This document shows positions 24,542-37,220 of a stretch of DNA of 64,000 nucleotides, in pieces. How positions within the stretch are numbered: the first letter of the stretch is position 1; each line of letters starts with the position of its first letter. The DNA lies in the NCBI RefSeq assembly GCF_963921235.1, contig NC_086105.1, positions 88,164,001-88,228,000 on the forward strand, in the 5' to 3' direction. The notes under the pieces were generated by a model. That model made no database searches. It saw only the letters and a list, made by a program, of their open reading frames with translations, and was not told where the DNA came from. The position numbers and the translations under genes are program-made. Origin of the DNA: Mobula hypostoma. Taxonomy: Eukaryota.

Positions 24542-27500
24542 AACTAACTTGCTTTTCTGATTCTGAAGCTTCTTCAACCTGAAACATTAACTAGTTTCTC
24601 TTTCCTATAGATGCTGCTTGATTGGCTGAACTCTTTTAGCATACTTGTTTTGATCCCACTCTAATCTGTGTGCTTTAGATTTATGAGCAAAGTTTGATGT
24701 AATTTTTGAGGATGATTACGTTGAAGCAGGTAGCCAATTCTCTTGGTTTGATTTTGATGTGTCCATCAAGCCTAAAAGGGGCGCTGGTTGAGTAGAGGAT
24801 GAGTGATAGAAATCAACTCTGGAGGATATTCACCTGTCAAACTAAGGATAGGTTACAAATAACCCTGCACTGCTATAATTTACATTGTGACTTTCTGACT
24901 TGTAAATCGTAGTTGGTTGTCTTAATGTACATAAATCTATATGGTTGGAAGGCTTCAAAGCAAGTGGTTGTTATCTTCTGAGATTGTGTTGAAACAGAGC
25001 TTGACATGCTGTTTTGTAAAGCACCCCAGTGGCTCTTCATTACACCATCAAACACAATTGAAGTATCTAATCAGAAGTAGTGTTGGATCTAGCTTACCAA
25101 AAGCAGAATAGTTTTAAGATGGGGTTAGTGATTTCGCTTCTTTTAAAAGCTGCCCACTTTTGTGCGTCTTCATGACTATGAACTGACATCGATTTAAAGG
25201 TTCATCAAGAACTGCATGTGCTTGCAGTGACTTTTGTAAGAATGTGTGCATAACCTTGTTCTAATTAAAATGCTGTATTGGGTATTGAACCAAGCATGTT
25301 TATTAAGTTGCATGGTCCTTGAAGATTGGATTATAAAGTTGACTCCTGAACCACAACTTATCAGATCCTTGTTCTATTACTTGTTTAGAATAGGTTGAAA
25401 CTCATAATTTCAATGTAAATCATTCTTTTCAAATTGCAGGAGAAAACACAATTGAGCACCAAAATGTGCCTAGAGTGCGATCTGCGTGAGTGGCAGAGAG
25501 TTTGAGAGTGTGTACTTTCCATCGTTCTGTTGGTGCCTGCACTTTTTCTTTCCCATGCCCCGATACCCCTTCAGCTTTCTGTGCATGTACCTGTTGAATA
25601 TAGCTTGTAAGAAAGCTTGTGATTATTGGTTTGAAACGCCTCCAATACATAGAATGATGGTACCTTGATATTATGTGGTATTATACACGAAAATGAAAAT
25701 ATAACCTGCCCTGATTCAAACTGCAAGTAATAGATGCTTCCTGTTCCCCAAGTTGGTGCTATTGGAGTCCATTTCTCTTGTTCCACTACTTCCTGAAGTT
25801 TACAACTCCCTCCCCACCCCTTTACATTGGCTAGTAATTGTGGCCTTTTGCACATGACAGTAAATTGAGAGGGGTGGCGGCAGCAGGAAGACAAATTGGC
25901 TTCTCCTCGTCTTTCACATTAACAGTTGGATTAGTTACTTATCTGTTGATGCAGGCAGCCAGCACCGGGATTGTGTAGTATTCCCATATTCCATATGGAA
26001 TTTGTTGGTCAAAATTGATTGGCTTTCCCTGTACTCTACCAATGTAACTTTCAAACTGCCACTTAGAAATAGCATTTTCTGTTTTTGCCAACAGAGTAAT
26101 GCCATTTCTTCTTTATATAGTATTGAAACTCTGTTTCTAACTTTTGATGAAATTGAAAAGCTAGGGTATTTTTTTTTACAGAGCAGTGGAGTTCTTTGCC
26201 AGTATTTATTGCTCAGACATTTTCTTCTGTGCAAAGCAAACATCTGGTTATAATCATATTGCTATTGTGACAGAATGTATCTAACCTAGCTTTGTTTCTT
26301 TAAACAGTGTAACAGTGACTGCATTCAACAATACATGTACTTCATTATATGTACTCGGATGTAACATGAGTTTTACAAATGTAATCCATTTTTACGCAAG
26401 AGTGGAAAAATGCAAATGTATGTCTCCCAGGCTGCTGGTGAGCCTTGCAGAACACCATTACCAAGTTGTATTGTGTAACTGTGAATATGTTACTGGTTTA
26501 AAAATAGTGAGGGGAGAGGGTTATTGACACACTAAACATTAAGTCACAGAGGGGTATTTTGGGAATTGGCAAAAGTTGATTGTATTTTCTGTTTTGTTGT
26601 TTCTTGATTGCAAATGGATTTGTAATTCTAACCTTTCACCACCTACATTTTTACTTAGTGGTAGCAGGATGGCTGTGAGATTATGTGAAGAGATATTTTC
26701 AATCACTAAGTCAGTGGTTGCTCTTAGCAAATAGGAAATTGATAAGTGGCAGGAATGGGAAGTTTGAGAGGTAGTGTGTTTTTAAGTAACTGCTTGCAGA
26801 ACCCTGTTGTGGGCAGATGCCTCTTACACACCAACTGAAATGTTAGTTTTATTTTGAACATTTAATCAGTATGCCTGCTGATACCACACTGGAAATGAGG
26901 CAGGTTCTCATCAATATTTTTACAATCAATTCAAGTAAGTTGGCAAATGGTTGATTCAACTGTTTAGGAGGTTGAAAGTAAAAACTGCAGATATTGGAAT
27001 CTGAAAATGGTGTAGATCTGTGGTGAGAGGAACCATCAAAAAGGGCTGCAAATACCCTGCTGAGCAGTAAGGGGGAAAAACTAATGAAAACGGTGTTAGT
27101 TCAAATGAAAGGTCATCAAAATTAAACATTTACTACTATTTGCTCACAAAATTCTGTCTGATCTGCTGAGTATTTCTGTTTTTATTTAGTTTCTACAACA
27201 TAGAATTTGTGACTAAAAATACAATACCTGTGGATAAAAGCAGAGTTACTTCAGCAAGTTACAGTAATTGTGGCCAGTTGCCTTATTAAAATTCTGTACA
27301 TAAAATAATCCCAACCATAATTTGAGTGGGGTGGGGATGTCCACAGTTGTTTCCACTCTAGATTGGTAATTCTGGTATCACTTAATGAAGTTTTTATTAA
27401 TCTGAGTAAGCCTGTCCAGTAGCAATGTTTTCTTCAACATGGAGATTGTCCCTTTGATTTTGGGCTGAGGTTGAAATCTGTAGCAATTTGCTAATGAGAC

Positions 27501-28411
27501 TTGTATTACATTTTCCAGACTGGATTGAATGTAAAATTAGTTTAATAGCCTTAATCCAGTTAATAGTAGAAAATACATTTCATTTGGCTTTCAGAATTGA
27601 CCACCTTGCTTGAAACTTTAGAAAGGAGAAATATTGTAAACTTCCAGTAGTGCTTCTGGTAGTGGTCTCCTTTGGAGGCAGAAGCCATAATTTGTGCTGT
27701 TTGGGTGGAGGAGGGCCCTCAATTTGTAGCTGGCCGGATACCTTACCTTGGAGTGTTTGACACCAACTCCCAGGTGTAACTCAAAAAATACTTTAGAAGC
27801 AGTTATTGAGGCTATTCACCGTGATGGGGAGGGGTGTTTAAATATATGCTTAAAGTAGCATAAGAAACTATGTGTTATCAAAAGAGTGATTTAAAGAATT
27901 CTTAGATGTCAGAATAAAATCTATGATTTGGGATTTTTTGTTTGTAGAGCCCCACAATATACTTCCTGAATAATATACTTTACCAGCTCTAACATTTTCA
28001 TTAATTAAATCATGTACCATTTGGGGTTGACCTTTGGTTTGGGCACTGTAGCTGGTTTTGCCTGTGCCTTGTGGTCAGTTATTCATTTATGAGCAATGGA
28101 TATCTTCTGTATGGTTGTGGGGAGGAAGGAAGAAGCTGATGACACAGGAAACATTTTGGGAGTTGTTTACAGGGAAAAAACATTTAAGTATAATTGATTC
28201 TACAAAATCTGGAAAATTAAGTGTTTATAATCATTGTAAAATTAGCTTTGTAAACGTGCTATCTGTATTCAATTGATAGGGGTGTTTTAATATTTGGTGC
28301 ACTTTATTAAGAAACATTTGTTAAAATCTTGGCAGATTTAAAGTATTACAAAATATTAAGCAAACTGATGGTTTACTATATATATTTACTAAGTATAAGA
28401 AATATATCTTC

Positions 28412-28417
28412 AATAAA
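28412..28417 (+). terminator. Candidate distal polyadenylation signal of SNX8
   Basis: AATAAA at the end of an AT-rich, repeat-poor stretch, followed about 25 nt later by GT-rich gtgtgtttgttc. Earlier AATAAA sites exist (24375, 27913). Confidence 0.35.
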
Positions 28418-29174
28418 TTGTATAAACAAACTTTTGAAAAAGTGTGTTTGTTCTAAGAGCAAAGAGTACAGACTGGGTGCTAATGCAGGCACAAGACACT
28501 GCAGATGCTGGAGTTTACAGTCCTGATGTTGGGTTTCTGTCTAAAGTGTTGACAATATCATTATCCCAGATGCTGCATGGCCTATTGAGTTCCTCCAGAA
28601 CATATTGACCTCGTGTTAAGTCTCTGAATTTGCAGTCCTGCCAAGGGTGAAGTTCTTGAAGAGCAGAAAGGATAAATGGGGCAAACAGTATCTTGGTGTT
28701 GCAGAGTAGTGAACAGTTGAAAGGGCCAAGAAGTTGATTTTTTAAAATCTGCTGGCAATTTTAAAGGAATGGTTATTTTTATTAGCACAGGAATTGTAAA
28801 GAGGTGAAGGAGATGGTTGAGACTAGGTGAAACTGCATTAAACCTAGAGCGCAAAATTAAAAGTGGGTGGCCAAAAGCTGCAAATCCATCTCGGACTTAG
28901 AATGGAAGAACTATGTTTGTGTCACACAAATCTGCCAAGAGACATTGGTTGAGGACATTATTTCCCTTAGTGATTTGCCTGAAAGAATAATGGAAAATGT
29001 CACCTAGCAGTGTTTTTGTTAAAATGTGTTCCATTCCATGACCAGATGGGAGAGTTTCTCCTAGTGGTACCAGTAGTATTGCCTTTCCCATATGTTGAAG
29101 GTTGGCTTACAACTCTCTAGCCACTGAAACCATTTATTGAAAATTAGCAACTCTGTTACTTGGAACTGTACCCT

Positions 29175-30302
29175 CAAACATGGGATCCAAGGAGACATTG
29201 CTTTGTGGATCAAGAAATGGCTTGCCCACAGAAGGCAAAGAGTAGTTGTAGACGGGTCATGTTCTGTGTGGAGGCTGGTGACCAGTGGTGTGCCTCAGGG
29301 ATCTGTTCTGGGACCCCTACTCTTTGTGATTTTTATAAATTACCTGGATGAGGAAGCGGAGGGATGGGTTAGTAAATTTGCTGATGACACAAAGGTTGGA
29401 GGTGTGGATAGTATGGAGGGCTGTCATAGGTTACAACGGGACATTGATAGGATGCAAAACTGGGCTGAGAAGTGGCAAATAGAGTTCAACCCAGATAAGT
29501 GAGGTGGTTCATTTTGGTAGTTCAAATATGATGGCAGAATATAGCATTAATGGTAAGACTCTTGGCAGTGTGGAGGATCAGAGGGATCTTGGGGTCTGAG
29601 TCCTTAGGATACTCAAAGTTGCTGCACAGGTTGACTCTGTCGTTAAGAAGGCATACGGTGCATTGGCCTTCATCAATTGTGGGATTGAGTTTAGGAACCG
29701 AGAGGTAATGTTGCAGCTTAATAGGACCCTGGTCAGACCCCACTTGGAGTACTGTGCTCAATTCTGGTCGCCTCACTACAGGAAGGACGTGGAAACCATA
29801 GGAAGGGGGCAGAGGAGATGCGTTCACCAGCAACTTTGAAGTGTGTTGCAGAGGAGATTTACAAGGTTGTTGCCTGGATTGGGGCGCATGCCTTATGAGA
29901 ATAGGTTGAGTGAACTCGGCCTTTTCTCCTTGGAACGACAGAGGATGAGAGGTGTACAAGTTAACAAGAGGCATTGATCATGTGGATAGTCAGAGGCTTT
30001 TCCCCAGGGCTGAAATGGCTGGCACGAGAGGGCAGTTTTAAGGTGCTTGGAAGTAGGTACAGAGGAGATGTCAGGGGTAAGTTTTTTAAGCAGAGAGGCG
30101 AGTGCGTGGAATGGGCTGCCGGCGGCAGTGGTGGAGGCAGAAACGACAGGGTCTTTTAAGAGACTCCTGGATGGCTACATGGAGCTTAGAAAAATAGAGG
30201 GTTATGGGTAAAGCCTAGATAGTTCTAAGGTAGGGACATGTTCGACACAGCTTTGTGGGCCAAAGGGCCTGTATTGTGCTGTATGTTTTCTATGTTTCTG
30301 TT
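29175..30302 (+). mobile_element. CR1-clade LINE, RT to 3' end
   Basis: ORF 29137-29502 ([32 protein letters not shown]) and tail ttctatgtttctg. Confidence 0.88.
29820..29847 (+). mobile_element. 28-nt 5'-truncated Penelope-family insertion with 11-bp TSD
   Basis: GCAGAGGAGAT at 29809-29819 and 29848-29858 flanks GCGTTCACCAGCAACTTTGAAGTGTGTT, which matches the 3' terminus of the element at 51363-51390. Confidence 0.75.
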
Positions 30303-32122
30303 TCAAACTTAAGGGTCAGTGAACAACAGAAGTAAACTTTATTCAGATCTGTCCCTGCAAGTCTGTGGGAGGGGTGGGGGAATTGTTGCTTGTGGATGAA
30401 GACCTTGGGCTTAAAGTAGAAGTTCCACGAAATGATTTTAAAATGTTACCAGAAAAAACCTTTTAATTCATATAAATGTTCCAATGTACTTTTAAGAAGC
30501 CTTTCCAAGCAAAGGTGGATACTTGGCCATTAGATATCAGTACAAGTGTTAAATGGCTTGGTTAAAGATGAGCCTTTTTAGAGGAAAGCTGAGGTTTATG
30601 GAGGAAACTCAAGAGCTTTAAGCCCAAACATCTGATGCACAATTCCTAAAAAATAGCTTTATTTAAATCAGTGATGCACAAAGAGCAAGGATTGAGTATA
30701 CACTTTGAAGGAGTTAAGAGAGTGGAAAGACAGTAGTTCCCATCAGTACCTGACTTCATCAGACCAGCTCGTGTAATGTGACTGTAATGCAAGCAGCATT
30801 TCTCTAAATAACATTAGTTTGCAGTCGGAAGTGAGTTTCATAATTTGGGGAAGATGAATCTAACAAATTTTTGATTTTTAAAAAGAACATTATCAGAGGG
30901 GAGATGCACCTAAGAGAACTCCGGAGGTTTAGTCACTGAGTATGTTCAAGATTTTAATAGGAGTTTAGATATTAAGGGAGTTGAAGGGTATGGGGTTACA
31001 GTTGGTGTCAGATGTTTTTAAAATAGATTTGACATGGTTGAATGGCAAAGCAAGTGTGAGGAACTGAATGGCCCACTATTGCTTCTATTATGTCTCAGCA
31101 GTTGTTGTCCAATCCCAGAGGAATGCACTGCTGCCTTGATCTTCTGCACTGTGACAGCTGTTTTGAGGATTTCAAGAATTCATATCCAATAACAAGATAT
31201 TGGGTATATTAGATATATTTTTCAATTGTGTTGAAGAGGATGAAGAATCATGAATAGCCTGGTCCCAGCATCAATACAATCACAACCCAACAAACCTGAA
31301 AATGACTATTCCTACTATTTTTTTTTGGCTATTAATTGACCCTCAATCTATGGCAATATATTAGTGCTGCCATCATACGTTCAATTTTGTTTCATAATCT
31401 ATTGTAGCATTTTATCAAAGGATTTCTGAAAGACCAAATACAAAAAATAGTTCACCCTTGTCTATTCTGCTCATTACAATATTACAAAAAAAAATTATAT
31501 GTGATTATCTCATTCATAAATCATTGTTGAGTCTAATACAATTTTATCAGCATTTTCACAAAAATCCCTAGTTAGGGACAAGGCATGAAGCAGTAGGGGG
31601 CCAAACTTATATCAACCGCTTCCTTCCTGAATATTGCAGGTTTAATCCCTCACAAGATACAGCCAACAACAGTAATCCAACCTCACTCTAATAGGCCAAA
31701 GTTGAGCTATTGCTTGCAGCCATTCAGGTAGGCTGGGCAGCAGAGAATCTACTTGACCAGAAAGCTTTATTTCATAAACTGAAGAACAGTCTAATATCTG
31801 GGAGCTGGATCAAACTGTTTTCATTGCTTGGAGACAGAATACATCAAAAATTAACTCGTGCATGTAGCTAGTATTTGGCTGCCTTGTTTCCCTCCATTCC
31901 ATTGTAAATCATGAGAAAGAGAACCATAGAATTGGGAATTAATGCAAGAAAAGCCACAAGAAAAACTAATGCACTACAAGATCCTTTGATTATTTTAAGA
32001 AGCTTAGAATCTCTTTACATGCTGACTTAATCATTCTGTGTTTTTTGTTGAGACTTGACAATGTCAGCGAGTTTTCTGCCGTCAGTTCTAGATTTGGATT
32101 GTTGACAAAAAGCTTGCTGTTC

Positions 32123-32141
32123 TACACCACCTAGTGGATAG
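32123..32141 (-). promoter_or_regulatory. Candidate CTCF site
   Basis: Minus strand TCCACTAGGTGGTGTA resembles the CCASYAGRKGGC consensus; it lies between the convergent SNX8 and NUDT1 3' ends. Confidence 0.4.
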
Positions 32142-33012
32142 TTGTGGAGCAACAGCCAAATCAAAATACTTTTCAAAAAACGTACCTTCCTATTGAGGAT
32201 TTATCATGTATGTATCTACTTTTTAAGGTTTTGTATTAGTGAATAATTCAATTAAATCAGAACATCACATTTATGAAATCCAGTAACAACCCCATTTCTC
32301 TGTATTTTATCAAAAGTTACAATTTTGCATGTTAATATGCATATTTAGGATCCTTGTAGATGATAGGGATAATGTTTTTCATGTAGCAAGCTCCATTTAT
32401 ATAGTATGACAAGTGAGTGTTTAATTGTGATATTGTGTTACTATTGTTCCAAAGTTTCCAATTATCCAACAAACTTGTAAGTGGAGGTTGTTGAGGGTAG
32501 TGGATTTTCTTGGGTCTTTGCACGACTGTAACAGATCATTTGGTTGAAAAGAATGCCAAAATTGGATTAGCGATGAAGTTCCAACCTCCGCCTAGTTGCA
32601 CAATATTTGCTGAACTAAAGCTTAAAGAACAGAGCATAAATCTAGGATAAAATATGTTTGTAAGTTATCTTAGTTCAAAGTATAGATATTACAACTCTAA
32701 ACAACCAGGATGGAAAATTATTGAGTTGAACAAGGAACTGCTTAACCAGTGTTAAAAAAAATTAACTACAAACGTTTGTAATAGCTGTGATCCTTAATTA
32801 GTCCCAGAAAAGATGAACATTCTGAATAAATGATTGGAGTGTGATGTTTGAAGTTGGGAGGACAAGCTTTCAGGGTCTCCAAACAGAATTAGAAATAATG
32901 TCATCAATTAAATTTCCAAACACAGTTTTACAAAATGTTTGGATTCAATTTAAGGTTTTCACCATAAATTAACTAATTCCAATCTCCATTTGTATACTTT
33001 TGAGTGGAAGAA

Positions 33013-33200
33013 TCAGAATCCCTTATCTGCCAAATCATCCACTTCTTTGAGTGTGTAGTCTAGAATGGTGTTATGTCCTTCAAATTTGAAATAGCCTTTG
33101 AACATTTTTCTTTGAAGCATCAGGGGGAACCAGTAGATGTCATCGGGCCACATCTCATTGAATGGGAGCTTAGCCACGTCAAACCACTGTGGTCGCATCT
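33013..33200 (-). CDS. NUDT1: Oxidized purine nucleoside triphosphate hydrolase MTH1, last coding exon
   Basis: tttgcag|AG ATG..., 188 nt. Encodes (E)[61 protein letters not shown]; the WPDD substrate-binding motif is present. Confidence 0.96.
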
Positions 33201-34600
33201 CTGCAAAGGAAAGATGAGGTCGTCATTGCTGAACAATTCATATTAAATTAAAAAAAAAACAGAAGAGGGATTCAAAAATAAAAAAAAAAGTTGAGTGACT
33301 GTTCAGCAGCAGTTCTTATATCATGTACTTTACAAAGTGATACCAGATTAAAAACAGCACATGAGATATTAGAACAGTTCCCAAAGTAATTAATTTTAAG
33401 TAGCATCTCCAGGAAGAGAAAGTCACAGTGATTTAAAAAGAGAACCATAATAAGTTGGAGACATGACTGATCATGGTAGATGGAGAAAATCAGGAATCCA
33501 AGAGGCCAGAAAAGCAGCAGTGGAAATCTTGGAGGACTGAAGTTGAGAAAGTTGGAGAGAGAATGTGGGAACACAGAAAATGCTGGAGGGATTCAGTAGG
33601 TTAGACAGCATCTATGGAGGGAAATAAACAGTTGACATTCCCCTTCCCCACCACCTTATTCTGGTTTCTGCCCACTTCCTTTCCAGCCCTGAAGTTAGAA
33701 TAAGAAGGTTGGGGAGGGATTATGATATGAGAAGTTGGGAGGTGATAGATTTAGGTGGTAAAGGGTTGAAGAAGAAATAATCTGAAAGGACAGGAATAAG
33801 GACCATTTTATAATGAAAATATTTTTAAATTTGCCCCTTGATCTTTCTGATCAGCAGAGATATTTGCAAACAAAGCAGGCACTGTACACACGTTCAAGAT
33901 TATAATTACTTCATTTGAATATAAAGAATAAATACAAAAAGAAAGAAAAATGGTTAATGAAGTAGTAAAAGAGACAAAAACAATACTTAACAACCAATCT
34001 CTAAGCCGCGCTACAAATATACTGCCAGAAAGAACCATGGTACTGACAGTCTCTCTGTCCTTGCCTCGATTTCTGGCTATTAGCACTAGTCACGACGCTG
34101 CTGAAGAGAAGATACCCGGTAGCACAAATTACCCTTCAGAACTTCTTATCCTAATGTTTCCCATGGGGCAGTGATGGGCGCCTGCAGAATCATACTCCCT
34201 TTCTCAGACAAACATGTTTTCCACCATTATCCACTCTCGGGTCTATAGACTAGTTCTCATACCAAGTTCTCAAAATGTTGTTGTGGACTCATCCCTTTTT
34301 ACTTTTTCAAAACATTCTCACATTTTGTCTTACAAACATCCATTTTCTGTTGCACATTTTAGCATATACCACGCAGGAATCAATTATAACTCTTTCTTTA
34401 CATTAAGGAATAAAGGGAAGAAGGAGGGTAACCAAAGGGATGGGCATGGGGGGGGTTGGAAGTTTGGAGATGTGAGAAGGGGGTCATCAATGGGGAATCC
34501 TTGTCAACATGTGAGATTAGGCAAAGGAAGTAACTGAGGATGTGTTCATTGTCTCTTAAAAAAAACATGATCAATGAACTATTCGTGAAGCAATTATTAC

Positions 34601-34746
34601 CTTCTGATTCAACGGGTTCCCCTTGGTAACTGTCTGTACGGAATATGTGAACATCTAGGAGTTCAGTCTCACCGACAAATTCAAAGCGGATCTGTCCAAT
34701 TTTTTCCAAGCTCTGTACAGTCAGACTACTTTCTTCAAATAACTCC
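34601..34746 (-). CDS. NUDT1: MTH1 middle coding exon (second half of Nudix box)
   Basis: tttag|G GAG...GAA G|gtaata, 146 nt. Encodes (R)[48 protein letters not shown]. Confidence 0.96.
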
Positions 34747-35029
34747 CTAAAGAAGATGAAAAGAATTTGGGGAATATGCACCATACAATAATGGCATCTC
34801 ATTTGAGTGAATAAATAATTATCTGCCAGTAAGAGGACTCAGATTTCAGAATACTGGGAAAAAGACCAGAAAGTGATTTTGACAATTAAAAAAAAATTAT
34901 ACAATGTGGTGTTATGATTTGACAGAAGCAGGTTCACCTGGACAAATAAATGTGGAGAAAGATTAGTGCAAGTGAGACTAATTTTTAGACCTTTTAAAAA
35001 GGCAGCACAGACTTGATTCCTCCTACTGA

Positions 35030-35237
35030 GAAAGCAGTGGAGACTACCTCAGTAAATATATTTAAGACAAGGTTGGATGGATTTTTGCACTGTAGGGTAA
35101 TTAAGGGTTATGGGGAAAAGGCAGATAGGTGGAGGTGAGTCCATGGCCAGATCAGCCATGATCTTATTGAATGGTGGAGCAGGCTTGATGGGCCAGATGG
35201 CCTACTCCTGCTCCTATTTCTTAAGTTCTTATGTTCT
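35030..35237 (+). mobile_element. CR1 3' end
   Basis: GGCCAGATGGCCTACTCCTGCTCCTATTTCTTAAGTTCTTATGTTCTT tail; same subfamily as 201-430. Confidence 0.7.
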
Positions 35238-35549
35238 TTATAATTATTCTGTGAACTGAGCAGGGCTTTTAATAAATACCCTTGTTACATTTATACCTGA
35301 GGTGGAATATCAGTTAGGATAGTCACTATTAATTACTGGCTGGAGATTCAAATTGCAAAAAAAAAACAAAACACATTCCTGGATCATGAAAGGACTTGCT
35401 TTACTTGTAATGCCTTTTCTCATTATAAATTGCTGTTGGTCTTGGAGACATAGTGAACGAATGCTTGTTTGAGGAATTTTGCCTCAACCAGAGTCAAGTT
35501 CCTTGGGTTGCAGACATGAAATACTTAATGAAAAACTTAAAAAACTTAC

Positions 35550-35701
35550 CTCTTTGCTCCTTCCTCTATGGTTTCTCCAGGCATCAGTTTTCCTCCAAAC
35601 CCATTCCATCGTCCGGCCCCGAATCCCCGCTTCTTCATCCCCAGAAGGATCTGCTGCTGCTTTACCACCATCACAAGAGTCAACAGTTTCACCATGACCA
35701 T
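35550..35701 (-). CDS. NUDT1: MTH1 first coding exon (exon extends 5' to 35728)
   Basis: ATG at 35701, donor AG|gtaagt, acceptor ttccag at 35729. Encodes [50 protein letters not shown](R). Total CDS 486 nt = 161 aa. Confidence 0.95.
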
Positions 35702-35899
35702 TTTTCACATCAATGACTGTTCAATGACCTGGAAGAAATGGGTAGAAAACAGCTTTGGTATGCAAATATCCAACGACTTGTATTTCCACAGCGCATTTAA
35801 TGCAGTAAAATGTTCCAAGGTGTCGCAAGCATAATTAAGACACCAAAAAAACCCAGTAAAATAACAAAAAAGCTTAATCAGAGACAGGATTTTACAAAT

Positions 35900-37220
35900 G
35901 TAGAACAGTAAAGCAGAGGAAAAGGCCCTTCTGCCTACAGTGCCATTCCTTTATAATTCAATTAGTAATGAAATGTCCAACTAAATTAATCCCTTCAGCA
36001 ACACAATGTCTATATCCTTATTCATGGGCCTTTTGAACACCTCGATATACTTGCCTCCACAACCAGGTCAGGAAGCACTGCCCATTCTGTTTAAAGACTT
36101 GCCCCATACATCTCTTTTGAACTTGCGGCTCTCACCTGAAATGCACGCCCTCTGGTATTAAGACATTTCAAAAGATATTGTTGTCGCTGTCTTTCATAAT
36201 CTTTCTCTTCAGTCTCTGTCACTCCAGAGAAAACTCAAGATTTCCCCAACCTCTCCTCATGGCACCTGCCCTCTCTAGTCCAGACAGCATCCCAGTAAAC
36301 TTCTGCACCTTCTCCAAGACCTTCATATCCTTCCTATAACAGGAATCCAGAATTGAATGCAATATTCCAGATGCAGCCTAACTAGAGATGTATTAACCTG
36401 CAACATAAATTCCTGTCTCAACTTCAATTCCTTGACTAATAAAGACATGCATGCACATACCTTCTTTACCTATCTACTTTCTGGGAGCCATGTACCTGGA
36501 CCCCAATATTATTCTATACATCAACGCTGTTAATGGGTCTTGCCTTTAACAGTGTACTATTCTACACTGGGGTGTCCAGGGAGGGGTATCGCCTCTGGTG
36601 AATGGTCTCATTGTGTCCATTCTGGGAAACTCACTTACCTGTGGACCCCACTGGACACTCAGCTCTCACCAGTGGCTCCAATTAGCTGTTTGCATGCGAC
36701 AGAGGCCACATCCCGAGATAAGGCCATACCCGCCCTAAGCAGTGAAGTCAGCTCCGATGGACTTGGCAGATGAGATCTACAGTGAGATCCAATGGCCAGG
36801 AAGGTGGTACTGCAACACCAAAGGGCATGACAAGGCGCAGCAGACATCATGGTCATCCTCTGCAACCAAGGAAGGCCCCAGTTTGTGACGCTTGTTGGTA
36901 CCACTGGACCCAGACTTCTGAGGTTGAGAGTGGAACTGCCTCAGTGCAGTGGCTTTTCCACTTTGAAAACTTTCCTGCACAGGTTTCCTGTCATCGTCAG
37001 ACAACCACCATCCTCCTACATTTGATTTTCCAAAGTGCAATACTTTATATTTGGCTGGATAAATTCCATCTGCCATTTCTCCACCCGTATCTGCAACTGA
37101 TCTATATCCTGCTGTAACCTTTGCCAATTTTCTATGCTATCCACAACAGCACCAATCTTCTTACCATCTGCAAACTTACTAATCAACACACCTATGTTCT
37201 CATCCAGGTCACTTACATAG
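35900..37220 (-). mobile_element. Decayed CR1 fragment interrupted by an unclassified GC-richer repeat (about 36567-37010)
   Basis: CR1 motifs on the minus strand (AAGTTTGCAGATG = KFAD; VLHFGKSN) on both sides of the insert. Confidence 0.55.
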
